Of a DNA stretch of 64,000 nucleotides, positions 1 through 14,411 are shown piece after piece. Origin of the DNA: Vicugna vicugna (taxonomy: Eukaryota); assembly GCA_013265495.1 (NCBI GenBank), contig MU057724.1:945102-1009101 (forward strand), given 5' to 3'. Within the stretch, counting starts at the first letter, position 1, and each line of letters starts with the position of its first letter. A program made the translations under genes and the position numbers. Below the pieces are notes generated by a model. It saw only the letters and a program-made list of their open reading frames with translations, was not told the origin of the DNA and ran no database searches.

Positions 1-128
1 ATTAGAGTTCCCTCTGAATACATGCCCAGGAGTGGGATTCCTGGATCACATGGTAAGTTTATTTTTTTGTTTTTTAAGGAATTTCCATGCTGTCCTCCAT
101 ACTAACTTCTCCAAACTGCATTCGACCA
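1..128 (-). mobile_element. L1 ORF2 3' fragment
   Basis: 'atacatgcccaggagtgggattcctggatcacatggtaag...aaactgcatt' is antisense L1 ORF2-end sequence; near-identical text recurs in the L1 at 40000-40097. Confidence 0.85.
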
Positions 129-1491
129 GGTGCCTAATCTTTAGCATGAAGGTGTTGGGCTGGATTCTGATCCCCTCTGACCCCAAAACAATGAGAGTGC
201 ATCACTAACAATGATTAGAGCAACCATAGCTCATGGTTCTAAGTTGTTTGTAAAAATAATTGTGAAACTTTTAGAACAACTTTAGATATGTTACATTAAT
301 TCTGTTTTATTTTTTAAAGCAAATCGACTTACTTTAATTAGGCATTCCCTACTTTCAAAAAGGATTTCTTTTGGCTGACTGATAATCCAGCATGTATTAA
401 GTTAAATTACTCAGTTTGTTAAAGTATTTTATTCCATTTTATTAGAATCATAAAAGAATTTTGCCAACAAAAGATCCCTTCTTATTGATATGGAATAGAG
501 AGAGAGAACACAGTTTATTACTGAGCAAACATTAACAGATTTACATGCATATGTGGCAGCAGGAAAGCGAGTGCTAATTGAGGATAAAACGTCGCACTTT
601 TGATGCAGGAAAGCAGGAAAAACACAACTTCTGTTCTCTGGTCTCCTCGTGCATGTTTCTTGAAAATCTCTAGAAAGACCCCCGTGGTAACTCCTGAATT
701 AACTTCTACATAGCGACGGTTATCTGGCCTGGGACCTCGGAGATACGTTTACATTGTAGAAAGTGAGACTGGGCGTAATCCTGGAGAGATTCATCTCCAG
801 TCAAAAGACTAGAGCAAGAACTCAGACTCGCTCCTCCTCGAAGGGAACGCTTGAATGAGGGGCCAGGGGAAAGCTCCCTTTTCGCATTTACAGGTGGAGA
901 AAATAGTTTTTACCCTTAATCCTCCTTTAGTTTCCTTTATTTTCCCAAAATGTTGCAGAGTGTTACTGTCTTATACCTAGATTTTGCTTCTGAAAAGTTT
1001 TTTTAAACAGAATTCTGAAAAGTTATGCACATCTCAGTCCAGTTGCTCTTCCCAGGTGGCCAATATTAAGAGATGTGCTTTCAAATATATGGAAGTGATT
1101 TTACTTCTTAATTAAGAAAAAGTCAATACTTTATTGGAACTGATGATTAACTCAGACAAAAGTATAGAGTTTTCCGTGTTATTTTTCTGTAAACGAATAC
1201 TCGGTTTAAGAACGCCACACCATTGATTCCTGGTTTGCCCTCAGCCACAGTGTTTTAGATTTAAGAGCAGGTCATGGTGATCAGCAAAGAATTCAATTCT
1301 AGGACTAAATTAGTCTTACAAAGCTCAGAAAAGAGATTTACTTTTAGGTTTTCTGAAGGATTCTAATTCACTCTTTTGATCAAGTGTCTCATTTAATAAA
1401 TTGTTGATCTGTATAACCAGATCTCTTCCACGGTCTTTCTCTTTATTTATTCACTCCAGTGCAATTTTAAGAAGAGCAAATGGTCACATGT

Positions 1492-1560
1492 ACAACCACC
1501 CACACACACAACCACACACACAACCACACACACAATCACACACACACACAACCACACCAC
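1492..1560. repeat. (CACACACAAC)n microsatellite
   Basis: Tandem CA-rich 10-mer units seen directly. Confidence 0.9.
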
Positions 1561-2940
1561 CCTGGCCTTATCTACAGCAAACACCAGGATGCTTGTGTTG
1601 TCAGAATATTCTTGTTAAAGTGAAGAGGGAAAGGGGGCGCTCAAGGACTAGAAATTTAGGAACCTTCTAGAATCTGCTGGGGATGGTACATTTATGTAGG
1701 AGAATCTCCTCCGTGCGCAGATATGAGAACAGCGCACGTGGCCCTGGACGGCGTGTTCCCCGGGGGACAGGTGCTGGGGTCTGATGTGCGCGTGCGTGGG
1801 GCTGGGCTGGGAGCGGCCCGGCGGCTGGGGCGCGCTGTCTGCCGCGGGTTTTCATTCAGGACAGGGGTGCACCTCATAGACCTTTCAACGTGCGTCAGAG
1901 ACACAGGCTTCAGTGTCAGTTTATCTGGGTTTCAAGTGTATTTTCTTTGCTTGACTTAATGATCATTATTCAGCGTCACCTGCCTGACAGCCTATTAGCT
2001 ATGGTGACGGTGCGTCCCTTCTTCTTTTTCCTTTTTATTGTGTCCACAAGATACTCAAACTCCATCCATAAAAAGTCCTCTCTTGATTGATTGCAGATTT
2101 TTATCTGCGTTAAAAATGAAAGTCAAAGAGATCCCCAATCTCTCCTCCACTGGTTAGGAAAATTAACGACTCTTTCTTTTATAACTGAAGTACCCAACAC
2201 TCATATTTAACCAAACTTGGTTTGATTTATAGCGTATTTCATATGACAAAGTGCACCACAGCTATTTTTATAGCCACAATACAAAAGAGTTATTAAGAAA
2301 AGGACACTATCAAAGACTCAAGAACAATGGCCAATATTTATTGTTTTTAACTCAAGCAAGAAAATATAGACTGACTTCAGGACAGAAAGCTGTGTAAAAG
2401 AAAACAGGAAAACTTCTACAGAACCGTCGAATACTCTGTGAACTAAAATGATGCTGGTGGAATAAGTCTTCATGAGGCAACGATCCAAATTTTTCAGGGA
2501 AATGTTCGTAAATATGTATAAATGAAAGGTTATAAACAGTTATGTAATGATCATAAATGTATATATTTACATCTAAATAAAGGTTCATAAGCATTTATAG
2601 AAACGTGACAGACAGACAGACTACGCCTGTATACACACGTACACACGTCGTGTCCCAGCCTTCAGGAGGCACAGGCTTTACCCAGTTGCTCTTGCTCTAA
2701 GGAGAACCTCTCTTCTGAGGACTTCGTTTCCTTAGGGAACAGACGTAAGCTCAGACGGCAGGGAAATGGAAACTGCTTTTTTCTGTGGTTTGGCTGATAC
2801 TTGGAGTCAGTTAAAATGCCTGAGGGGAAGAAGGAATTTCTGGCTGACTTGCTGAAATCCATGCTGAAGTTTGCTTAAAACTCAAGAGGCCTGGTGACCT
2901 GCCCAAGACCCTGGTGAATTTTGGTTACAGTCTCGTCATT

Positions 2941-3228
2941 TATATATATGCATATAAATACAACACATACATATGCATATAAACACACATACATAAATAC
3001 ATACACATACATACTACATGTATATGCATATAAACACATACACATACATAAACATGCATAGAAATACATACACACACACATATATATGCATATAAACACA
3101 TACACATACATAAACATGCATAGAAATACATACACACATACATACATATGCATAGAAATACATACACACACATATATATATGCATATAAATACATACACA
3201 TACACACATACATACATACATATATATA
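2941..3228. repeat. Compound (TA/CA) minisatellite, ~60-bp higher-order unit
   Basis: Recurrent 'tatatgcatataaacacatacacatacataaacatgcatagaaatacatacacac' units; explains the MYVC-type ORFs. Confidence 0.9.
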
Positions 3229-4780
3229 TTCTCTTTTGAATTGAGGTTCTAGGGTAGTATTTGATGACCTAAGGAAGAAACACTATACTAGAATCAGAAT
3301 CCAAACTTTTTTATGCTAGAGATGTAGACAAAAAGATAACATTTAAGTCAATATTCTATAATACAAAGGCCTTTAAAACCAACTTTGCAAATCCAGAGCC
3401 AAGGGGTAGGAGAAAATCAGGCTGAAATGCGCAGTGATTTTAGTACAGAAAGAGCTCGAGGTGAGCAGCAGTGTGGCTTCGCTGCCCCAAACTACTGTGA
3501 CTACAAGGTATATTAGTAGGTGTGTAGATGATTCCTCTTATTTGCAGAATATAAAGCAACTGTGAAAACTGAAACCTTGTCCTCGGGGGAAATACAGGGT
3601 CAAGCGTTTCCTCAACCAGTCGGTGCATAGCTTGTCTCTGTGTGCTTCCCTTTGCAGGTACCTATGCAGCGTACGTATCGTTGATTCACTGGCCTTGACC
3701 TCACGGTCCCCCAGCACCATAACTGGCCTGAACAAAGCTTATCTGACCCCCTATTTTCTCCGTAAGGCGCAGAGCAGCCTTCTCGTGCTGGGGACCAGGA
3801 TGCCAGACTTCCGCACTGTGATTAAGGGCAATTTTAAGCAGCAAAACCGCTAACGAGAAGCACAAAAGGGGGAACGTGGCACTAACTGGACCTTGGAAAG
3901 GACACTGTTTACGGCGTGAGCTGAAATGAGAACGCAGATCTTAGCCTCGCTCGACCTCAGCTGGGAACAGGCACTTCAGGCAACTCAAGCCTTCCGCCCC
4001 CGTGTGTGCCCAGCAGTGGCGCTGCAAGTGCCACGAGCGCTCGTTTGGGGTTGCAAAGACAATGTGGCTGTGAGGAGAAGTCACAAGTACGGAGCCTGGG
4101 AAGAGTGAGGAAGAATGTACCTGTGATAGGTCTCCTCTTCTCCTGGTTCCGAGTTAAGAAGGATGTGAAGTGTGATGGGAGGAGAACGGAGCCGATGGTC
4201 CAGGTGCTGTAAAGCATCCCAAACGCAGAGACCCGAAGGAATGAAGGATGTTTAATCTGGAGAGAAGATGTGATAGGAGTAAAAAGAGAGTGAAACACAG
4301 ATCTGTCTTCAAATGTTAGCATCACTCCGAGTGCTCCCCAGCTGCCTCACCTGCGGTCTCCTGGCAACTGTCCCACCAGGTGCCACCGCGAGTGTGCAGT
4401 CAGGCTGCCTTTCTTCCCCCCCGCCCCTCCCTCTGCCCACAGACAGCAGGACCCTGACCCACCAGGCCGCCAGCACACCGCCTTCCTCTCTAACACTTCG
4501 TTACAAAGCTCATGGCATTATTCCTGACTGCAGAATCATCTTTCTGCTTTTAGATGACACTTTTTTGCAATAATCACTTGTATTCCACTTAATAAGCTCC
4601 TTCTGAATACATTAAAAAACACACATTATGAAGTTATACTGATAAATTTATAATTTTAACTTATATTTTTACAATTATGACAGCAAATGAATTCATTATA
4701 AGAAAACTGGGAAAGAGAAAAGTGTAAAAAACAAAATAGTTCCCCTTGATCTCACCACATAGAAATAGAAATGGTTTAAA

Positions 4781-4990
4781 TTTTTAAAGTTGTAGTAAAA
4801 TACGTATAACATAAAATTCACCATCTTTACCGTTTTTCTGTACAGTGGTGTGAGGTACAGGCACTTTGTTGTGCAACTGTCACCACTATCCATCCCCACA
4901 ACTCTTTTCATCTTGCAAAACTAAAACTCTGGACCCATTAAACAATAATTTCCCATCTCTCCCTCCCCCAGCCCTGGCAGCCCCCATTCT
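4781..4990 (-). mobile_element. Old L1M (L1MB-like) 3' end
   Basis: 'aacataaaattcaccatcttta...ccccagccctggcagcccccattct' is typical antisense L1M 3'UTR. Confidence 0.8.
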
Positions 4991-7703
4991 GCAGAGCAGC
5001 ACATTTTAACTCATCGCTTTTCGCCCTGATATGTTGTGATGCACCCTCCTTCTGTACTGTTGTTAGAATACTCCCCAAATGACTTGGTTTTCTATTCCGT
5101 TTCTTTTTTTATAACCACATTCGGCTTTAGCAGAATAGAATACTAAAGCCAAGCTGAGGGTAGGCTTCAGGAGATAACAGATGCATTTCCAGTGGAAAAG
5201 CCTTAACTTCTTAATCTTTAACATTCAGAACCTGGACTCCATCAGAGTCTCCAAACTATTCTGACCATATACTCTTTTAATTAAAAAAAAAAAGTTTCCC
5301 AAAATACGTATATTTATTTATGAATTATATATGTCTACACAATTGTACTAAAATGCTATACATGTTATAGCAATAAATGCATAACATTATACACGTCTTG
5401 ATGAGAGTAACGTGTTCTGTTGTTTGATGTAGTATGTTTGACTACCTTTTAAAATCCTACTCTAAACTTTGTGATATAGTCGCTTCTTTAAAAGCTATTT
5501 TATTATTGAACATGTCATGGACAGTTGTCATATGATCAATACATCACATTGATATGACCTTTTGAAGGTCTGGTAATAAGCATAATATATTTTAGCACTT
5601 GGCACTGATGGCTCTTAGTGATGGGAAAAGATCTTCACTTTACAGAAGGATCCAAACGGGAGGAACGTGTCGTTGGCTGCGACCACTGTACCCGGATGCC
5701 CGTGGTTAAGTCCCACCTGTCAGTTACGCAAAAGCCTCTCTTGACGTTCAGCCTGTGGATTGTCTGGTTCCTGATGTCAGTTGTTTGCCTTTGAAAACCG
5801 ATATGAGAATGTTACATATTTACAGGTTTAGCAAGTGTGTTCAAACTATCTGAAACTCATTTAGAAGACTTTAAATAGACTTCAGTAGATGAAGAAGTTC
5901 CACTTAACCAGTTTTATAAATTTGAAGAAGTGAAAGGTTTGTGTCTGTGCAGGGAACACATCGTTTACAGAGCCACAGATCACATAGTGACGGGAATGTT
6001 TCTGAGCCTCTATAATTAAAACGTTTCCCCGTATCATGACGTTCTCTCAAAAGCAGCAATTTTCTCAGTGCTAAAATGTCACCCTTACCCTGAAGGGGCT
6101 GATTTAAAGTCATTGTTTTTCAGTGATTGCTTACATGGCCTCCTTTTAAGTTCCATTTGTTATCACAGAAAAGATCAGCAGATTAAGTCACTAGTTTTCT
6201 TTTCATGTAAAATAACACCAAACTGCTTGTGTTTAGCAATGTGTTTGAGAAAAAGCCAGTGAAGAGCTGCGTAGTCCGATGCTCTCCGCAGGGCCAGGGT
6301 CTCACTCTCCTCCCACAGGCCACTCTCCTAGGCTAACCCCTGGTGGACGCAGTTCAAATGTCAGCAAGAGGCTTCCGATACTAAAGCACGGACAATTCCT
6401 ATTTAAAAACACAGAAATCTCACAGTCAACATTCTCATTTCAGACAACAGAAAGATACGTTTAATTTACATCTGTTCAGACGTGGGAAAATGGAGCTTCG
6501 TGGTTCCGAGCGCTCTCTGGGGTGATATGACTTCGGTTCTGATTCTGTGGGGAGTCTTTGCCTTCACTGCCTTGCAACCACTTCGCGACTCCTCCATGAA
6601 AGAGACGCCCCTGCGGTGCGGCTCCTTGACGAGCAGGTGGCTTCCGCCTGGGTGAGCTCTGTGGACTGCCCCCCAGCCCCAGCCCTGGACGTGCCAGCTC
6701 TATTTCCATTTGCAAATTCATTTCAGTGTTTTGATCTATAAATATGTCTCTTCTTTGGTTTCTCCTTTGAACTAGTTGTCACATCCTATTGGTTTTCTTG
6801 TTAATAACTAGTTAAATGAAATATTAAACGTATTAGTTTTACATCTATATGAGGGTTATCATTTTATCCTTTAAAAATGACCCTTTAACAATAAAATGAT
6901 ACAGTAATCCTCTCTTAAGACACTTTTATAATGATACAATTAGAAGAAATTTGAGAGATTTATTTAATCTTCTTTCAGATTAATAAACTTAGACATATTG
7001 AAATTGGTTTGTCCACCTTCCCCTAGTTAGTTAATACCATAGCTGCAGCCAAATACAGATTTTTTGACTGGAGTCTCAAATGTAGTGGTTTTTTTTCCTC
7101 CTAATTGTAACAAAATGTTTTATTATGAAGTAATTTCTTCAATGAGTACGTCTCAAGTTAAAAAATAATGATAAATTGCTAATTCATTAAACAAAGACAT
7201 TAATAGAAAGCTGAAAGAAATCTATTTTTCACTCACTTATGTTTAATTAATTTTCAACGAGCATTCCTTAGGAAGGAGCAAGAATTGCAGAATTGTTCAC
7301 ATCACTGATGGCAGCTACATAAAGACTATGGTTACACATAAGATGTGCTTTGTAAATTCTATGCAAAAACTTAATTGTCAGATGAGGAAACAAACCATCG
7401 AAAGAGACGACAATATTTTAGTGTCACTGAAGCCTCTACTTAAAATATCTGTAGGTCGTGTTGATGGAAACTTTGTGCACAGGAGGGATCAGTGTGCTAC
7501 TAACTGCATAATCCTTCATTAGTTACGTAGGAAAAATCTTATTTTTTAATGGGAAACTATAAGCTGTTTATTGTAAGCCCTTCAGAGGAGCCAGATTCCA
7601 GCCCCGTGTGTAGTTTTTGAGCGATTTTACAGCCCTTTGCAAGTTGCAGGTAGCTGACAGGTGCACAGATTCTGTCCTGTCTAGCCGTGGTGTTAACTGA
7701 CTG

Positions 7704-8242
7704 TGTTGGGGAGAAGACATTTTTCACTACCCTTCTAGGCTCTTCTGGCTGGTCCACAGATTGGAGAAAATCAAACAAGAGTTATAATAACATGTACGCG
7801 TGGCAGAGACCCAGGACAGATGAGCAGTTCTCCCGAAGGGCTGAAGCCTTCACCTGGAATGCCGTCTTCAGCCGAAGACAAAGGGGATGTTGGACGTAGT
7901 GGTTTGGGACCTCCGAGCGGGTGAGGGCAATTGACATGGATATGGAAAAACAAATGTTTGGTGAACAAGTGTTTCCTGGGCCCCACAGAGGCAGTGGGAC
8001 CCAGGGAGGAGCTTTAACAGAGTTGGCTGGGTTCCTCCCGGTCTCCACACCGGGTTCTTGCCTGGTTACCTGCCGTGACGGCTCCTTCCTGGGGCAGGTC
8101 CTCCAGCCACGGGCTCTACAGGCAGCTGGAGGGAAGGCCAAAGGTTCTTCATGTGTCTTTCGGGGTCTTCAAAATAATCAGCCTAAATGCATCCTCACGC
8201 CAGAGAGACACATTTGGGGACAGCAAATTTTGCTCCCCTACA
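7704..8242 (-). mobile_element. ERV1-class solo LTR
   Basis: TG...CA ends with inverted termini (TGTTGGGGA / TCCCCTACA), 4-bp flanks ACTG/ACTT, 539 bp long. Confidence 0.8.
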
Positions 8243-10104
8243 ACTTCCTCTACGTGAGGAAAACCCACTTTGTCCATTTTACAGTTGGTCTCCGCAGTCT
8301 TTCACTCTATGCATGTCTGTGTGCTTTTTACTTTTCCTTCAAGTAGGTTACAACACCTGCCTGTTTCCCTCAGGACTTATGAATATAAAAACTCTCCAAT
8401 ATAGACTCACTTTTGTGTCTCTCTGAGAGGCATGATTTCACTTTTTCCTGTACATTTTCTTTCACAGTTACTTACTCTAAATCTCTGTAAGGGTTTTGCA
8501 ACTGTTGAGATGGGTAATACATTAACTGTCCCTGGCATATAATGTGTCATGTGCGTCTGGCCTGTGTAATAGAATATTCAGCGTCTTCCTCACAACAAAC
8601 TGGAGCTGTCTAATATTTACCTGCGAATAGTCATCAGCAGAAATGCTTTTCACGAGCAAGCACGACGTAATATGAGATTTAATCTAAGTGAGTCACATGT
8701 CCCCTCAACAGATCAATTTATCAAATGGACTTTATTTATTGTCCCTTTCCGCTAGCTTTGAGCTATGTGTTGTCAATTTTAGCAGGAAGCTCTCTCTTTG
8801 ATTATGGGAGCAGACAGTAAAACATAATGCCAGTAAAGTCCACATTCTTTTAGAAGACGCAAATGCTAAGAAAAAGGCTTTGCGTGGCTTGCCTGAAGTT
8901 CGCAGACTCTGGACCTCTGGGCATCACAGGCCAGCAGCTCCAGGTGTCCCGCCAGTTGCAAAGCGTTGAGTACTTCCAAGTAGTGACGGTTGTTTCCAAA
9001 GCCCCTCAGTCTGTTTTCTTTCGTCAGTCCTTTGGCTGAATCAGTTGGTGAAACAATAATGAACATTCACAACGACAGCAAGAACACAAAAGCAGTCATT
9101 CTCAATGCCCTTCCATGACCTTGAAACATTCCTTGAGTTCTTCTCCACTCCAGGAAGTTCTTGTTAGCTTCACCTTCATCCCCAAATGCTGCGCACCCAG
9201 GCCCACTCTGTGTCGTGAGTCCTTTCCTTGACGCTTAAGAAACTCTCTGTCCTCTTGAGCCCAGCTGGTGCTTCTGCGCTCTGCTCAGGCTCAGCAGTTT
9301 AACAGAAAAATATTATTCATAATGAAAATCAGTGTAAGAAAAAATCATTGTCAATTCAGAACATCTGAGAAGTTCTCCAGACAGTCTTCTCGGTCTCAAG
9401 TAAATAAAAAGAGAAATAAAATTAAATTTCTACCAACATTAAATATACACAAAGACCAAGAGTTGCGATAAGTAATGAAAAGGAAGGCTAAGAAAGTGAT
9501 TCAAAGAGTGGCTGTTAGAACAGGGGAGGCTGGGTGACTCGAGCAGGAAGCTGCCAGGAACACACCTGGGGTCCCTGTACAACTGGGAGACACTGTGGGG
9601 AGTGGGCGTTGCTCAGTATTGGGAAAGTCATCGCAAGGTCAAGGGCACAGAGTAGGGGGTGGTGGGCATCGAGGTTTAAACTGACACAAATGCTCCCAAT
9701 GTCATGTGCTCAGGAGGTAGAGAGGTCTAAAAAAGGCAGTCAGTGTTTTGGATTCTCAAAGTTTCTGGAGAATGAAGTTTAAGGCCCGGACAGGTAATCA
9801 ACTGGAAGAGTCGACAAGGGGTGGGTTCCAGAAGCCCCCCAACCCCCTTCAAAGAGAGGGGACGAGTGGCAGCCGGAGCGTGTCTGTGGGAGGTGGGGCT
9901 GGCAGGGCTTTTCCTCCCCCCGGCACTGGAAGGACGTTAAGTCAGGGCAGGAAGACGAGGGAGAGGCTGGTGCAAGCCGTCTGACTGGAGACCCATCCGC
10001 AGAGCTGAAACCTTGGAGGGTACAGCGAGGGTAAGTTTCAGAATTTAGGGGTTAGACCGAGCAGCAAAGACTTGAGATTGTTTCGTTCAGATATTGTTGA
10101 TGGG

Positions 10105-10128
10105 GTGTGTGTGTGTGTGTGTGTGTGT
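10105..10128. repeat. (GT)n microsatellite
   Basis: Seen directly. Confidence 0.95.
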
Positions 10129-10272
10129 AAGAAGTCCCCAACTTTCCCAAGAATGAAGGTAAGGACAGAGGACGTTTGAGGTGTCTATGGGACGGGCATC
10201 CGAGTGGAAATGTGCAAAAGCCCTTGGATATAAGTTCTAAAGCCATGCCTGGGAGTCACTGCCGTGTGGTCA

Positions 10273-10422
10273 TTTATTTTTATTTCTTTAAAGTATTTCA
10301 TTTTATTTTTTGTATTTTGGGGGAGGTAATTAGGTTTATTTCTTTACTAATTTATTTTTATACAGGTACTGGGGATTGAACCCAGAACCCATGCTAAGCA
10401 CGTGCTCCACCACCGAGCTACA
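10273..10422 (-). mobile_element. tRNA-derived SINE (camelid-type)
   Basis: Minus strand reads 'gtgtagctcggtggtggagcacgtgcttagcatgggttctgggttcaatccccagtacc' (pol III A and B boxes) followed by an A-rich tail. Confidence 0.85.
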
Positions 10423-11579
10423 CTCTTTAATAAATGTTGTCATTTATTAAACCCAAAGGTTCTAGGAGATTATTCACAAAGGGCCGAGTCTGTAACTCTG
10501 AAGAGGAAATACAGGTTCCAAAATCTAATGCCTGAGAGTCAGACTTTCCCTGCAGATGAAATGTCATTCAACCAAAGCATTTCAGAGTCAACTTCGACAG
10601 TTTTGTAGCGCTAGCTACAAGTGAGAAACTTTGCCATTGTTGTTACAGAAACTTTGAGATTAGATTCTTCACCTTTCACTACAAGGGCAAGAATCAAGTC
10701 TGCACTCAGCACACTTGCCAATTACAGTGAGTGTTAAACACTTAGAGAATTTAGCTCTTGAAGCTCCTTGAAAAGGGAGAGACAGACGAACACCTTGCCC
10801 GTTGGGGGCTGTTAAACTTTTTCAAGTGCTTCAAGTAGCCCCCTGTGGAGGCACTTACTGGAAAACCATAAAAATGTTCTACGTGAAAGACTGTAATTTT
10901 CTTGGTGGATGGAAAATAATGGCGTGTGCGACAAATATTTCCCTGCCTTGGTACACAGAATGGTTTTATTTCACTTCTGACAGTAACCTAAATCATAATA
11001 CCAAGTTGATAGAGTATTAATTGGGTTTTTAAGACGTTTTATGTTGAGACGAATGTCAGTAATTTATACTTTTTCCTGCACTGAATCTGCATTAAGGAAA
11101 GACATTTTCACAGCAAGCACCTGCATTTAATGGTGTGGGTGATTGTGGTAAATTATTTGTGAAATTGCTTTGTCTTCTTCCCTCATGGAATGTTTCTGTA
11201 ATTAATTCCCTGATCTGTTGAAGCCTCGGGTGATGGTTTCCATCATGTGCTGGTTATTAAATGGCCGCACAACTTCGAGGAATGACAACTTACTTCCGTT
11301 TCAGGGCTTTGCACGACCATTCGGGACTTGGTTCTATTTTGTAAACCTCTGCTGGGCATCTAGAGTCTTCCCAGGGGCGTGTCTCTGCTGTGGTTCCCAC
11401 TGCAGAGGTGAGAGGACTGAGGTGCACCACGACTCCCTTCACACACTTCGGACTCTCCCCACGCACGGGGTCCATTTAAATCTGCTCTCCTGGGCTCCTG
11501 AGGCCCTCTTGCATCCACTGTGTGTCCACTGTGTGTCCACTGTGCCCTCTTACACGAAACCAAAGAGCCCAGCATCACG

Positions 11580-12110
11580 TCCCCTCTACAAGAAGGACAT
11601 TCGGAGTCACGCATCGTGAGCACGAGGGGGGCCCGGGCAGCTCAGGCCGCGGTGCCCCAGGGCCACCGACGTAGCGACGACACGCAGGCCGACGAGCCTT
11701 CGCGAGACGCAAACAAGCAGGGGAGTCGCGGGGCTCCGGGGGAGGGCGCGCGGCACGGACACGTGCGGTGCCGTGTGTGGCGGGCGCGACCCTCCCGCGC
11801 GGGCGGGGCTCGCAGCCTCTCCCCGGGCGGGGGCGGGGCGGNNNNNNNNNNNNNNNNNNNNNNNNNNNNNNNNNNNNNNNNNNCCCGCCCACTCCCGGCT
11901 TCGCAGGGAGCGGCGCAAGCGGCGGCGTCCGCCTCGCCCGCCTGAGCGCCCGGGCGCCCGGTGCCCCGGGGAGCGAACTGAGAGGCCCGCAGGCGGGCAC
12001 GAGCCAGAGCGGCGGCCGGGAGCTCCGAGCAACGAGGACGGAAACCAGAAGGCTACCCTCGCTCCTTCGTCCTGAGTCGCTGAGGCGTGATTTGCTTGTT
12101 CGGTAACAGA
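11580..12110. promoter_or_regulatory. CpG island with GC boxes; candidate promoter
   Basis: Very CpG-dense; GGGCGG repeats at 11825-11841; possible + strand donor CG|gtaaca at 12103. Confidence 0.65.
11842..11883. other. Assembly gap
   Basis: Run of N. Confidence 1.
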
Positions 12111-12619
12111 AGCAACGTGTGTAACGGCTAGTTAGCTAATGAGCCTTTGGAGCACGGATTCTGTTCATTTATGTGGAACATCTGAGCTTTCTGGGCAGCA
12201 GTGAGTGCCTTGGCAGCTCCTGCTTCCGAAAGCATGCACAGCCACTTGCCGTCAGCGTCTGTCCTCGACGCCGTCATGATCCCGTCCGGGCAGTTCACCG
12301 TGCAGAGAGACCCACATTCGCCACGTTTCTCGCGGCCTCCCCCGCTGATGGGCGTAACTGTATCCATATTCCCAAGTACTTGAATTCTACTGGCTTTTGC
12401 CCCAACAGGCACCCAAGACTCCCGCAAGGGTTCCCTAGCTTTCCAGCAACACCAGCAGGTGGAGACCAAACTTCTCCAGGAGGACCTGAGCCCGTGGACG
12501 CGGGCTCCCCGAGGTCTGTGGTCTGGAGCTGCCCTTCCCCCGGATGCCATGGACCCTGGGCACCTCTGCCCTTCCCACGGGCATCCTGCCTGCGTGGCAA
12601 GGCTGCCTGCACCCCCATC

Positions 12620-12732
12620 TTTTGTTGTCATTTTTTTGTTTGTTTCTTTGTTTTTTGGGGGGAGGTAATTAGGTTATTTATTTTTATTTATTTAGGTACT
12701 GGGGAATTGAGCCAGGACCTCGAGCATGCTAA
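12620..12732 (-). mobile_element. Truncated tRNA-derived SINE (same family as 10273-10422)
   Basis: Shares 'ggggaggtaattaggtt...aggtactgggga' with the first copy. Confidence 0.8.
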
Positions 12733-14411
12733 TGGCCGTCAGGGTCATCGCGTGAGTTGACCTGAGAGCCCCTTAGCTCTCAACACAGTCAGTGCCCCCA
12801 TCTTACGAGATTGTCTCTCTGTTGCTTTACAGAAGAGAGAAAGGGGCTCAGTGACTTGTCCAACGTGGAGATAAGCCAAGACCAGACCAGAAGAGCGAAG
12901 GCCACTGTGCAGGGTGTGCTGGAGCCGGGCCGTCAGCCACGCCCCGGACCGGGGCTGTGGGCGTAGGGGGAAGACGTCCTGTGTGACTGGGGCGGCGTGC
13001 TTGGCTGTCTCTGGTTGACTCTCAGCTGGAAGACGGGGCAGAAACAGAGAAGCCGGCAGTTATTAGTCAGATCCCGTCTGTTCTGGGCTTCCTGCTGGAG
13101 AGGCCGCAGCCGCTCCCCGGGCTGGCTGCAGCGGAGGCCGTGGGGCGGGGTCTCCTGCGACACGCCGTTTTTACATTCAGGCCCTCGGTGTGTGTTTCAC
13201 TTGGTTTTGTTGACCAGTGCAAGTCACTTGTCTCTGAATCAGTTTAGGATGGAGAACATTTGTATTGACTCATGACAACCATAGTCACTGATTAAGATTC
13301 AAGAACAGCTTTTAGACGCATAATCTGTCTCTACATAAATTACATAACAGGAGGCAGCTCCAGCAGCCGCTGGCGGATAAACTCACGTTGATCTATTTCT
13401 TGGCACGAGCAGATATTTTTATCTGTCATCTCCATTTTTTGGGACAGGCACAGAGAAATTTCCATTTAGTATTTCACAGGAAGTATGAAAGCTTCTTCAC
13501 AAGCAAAAGTCTGCAAATCTCCTCTGTGTTAAATATATATATGTGTATGTATGTATACACACAAGCACACACACACACATGTACACACATACACGTGTCT
13601 ACATGTGTACACACACCCCTACACATAAGATCCGGAACGACCACACAGGTGCACGTAATCACTCATCCATCACTCTGCCTCTCGAGTTCATACCGTTAGA
13701 TGGACTATCCAAAATTCAGTACCTGAGCACAAAATAGTCTGGAGTAAACAGGTATTTTAGTATAATGTAAAAATTTCCTTTCATGGCACAAATGTATTGT
13801 TTTTGGTGAAAAATTCAAATATGTGTTCTAATGCTTTGCCTTTCTCTTACGAAGTCAGTAACAGACACAGAATTTTTGTATTTATAATTTATGGCTTATG
13901 GAATCTGATACAAATCACAGATCAGAAAATGAACAACAAAGCTTTTCATAAGTAAGTAAATGGTTCATTGGCAAATGATTTCTATGTTAAAAGGAATCTT
14001 AATTTTAAGAAAGTTCCAAAATATGGAATAATGACATAAAAACGTTGGGCAGAGTGTAAGTTTTGCAGGTTACAGATAAAATGTCTGTAATGCTGTTTCT
14101 GCACTCATCACCCCCGGGGAGGCCCCACTCATCTCTGCAGCCCCGCTTTCCTACCCCCGGCCTCCTGCCTCTCCTCAGCCCTGCCCCCAACACCTCTGTG
14201 CCGCTGGCTTTCCCCTGGCTCTGAGCAGCTGTCCCCCCGGCCCCACACCCTGTCTCCTATGGTGCCTCAGATCTCACCTCCCCAGGCACCGCACACCCAG
14301 CCTCCCCAGGCACCACACTTGGCATCTCTGACCCTTCTCCCCTGAGTCATTATCTCCTTGGAGAACTTCTGCTTCCACGCCTTTGACTGTAATCTCTGCA
14401 GCCACCGGCCC

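Noticed and set aside
2875..3221. MYVCMC-type ORFs
   Set aside because: Translation of a TA/CA minisatellite
10365..10422. tRNA-like A/B boxes
   Set aside because: Head of a SINE with an A-rich tail; no complete cloverleaf
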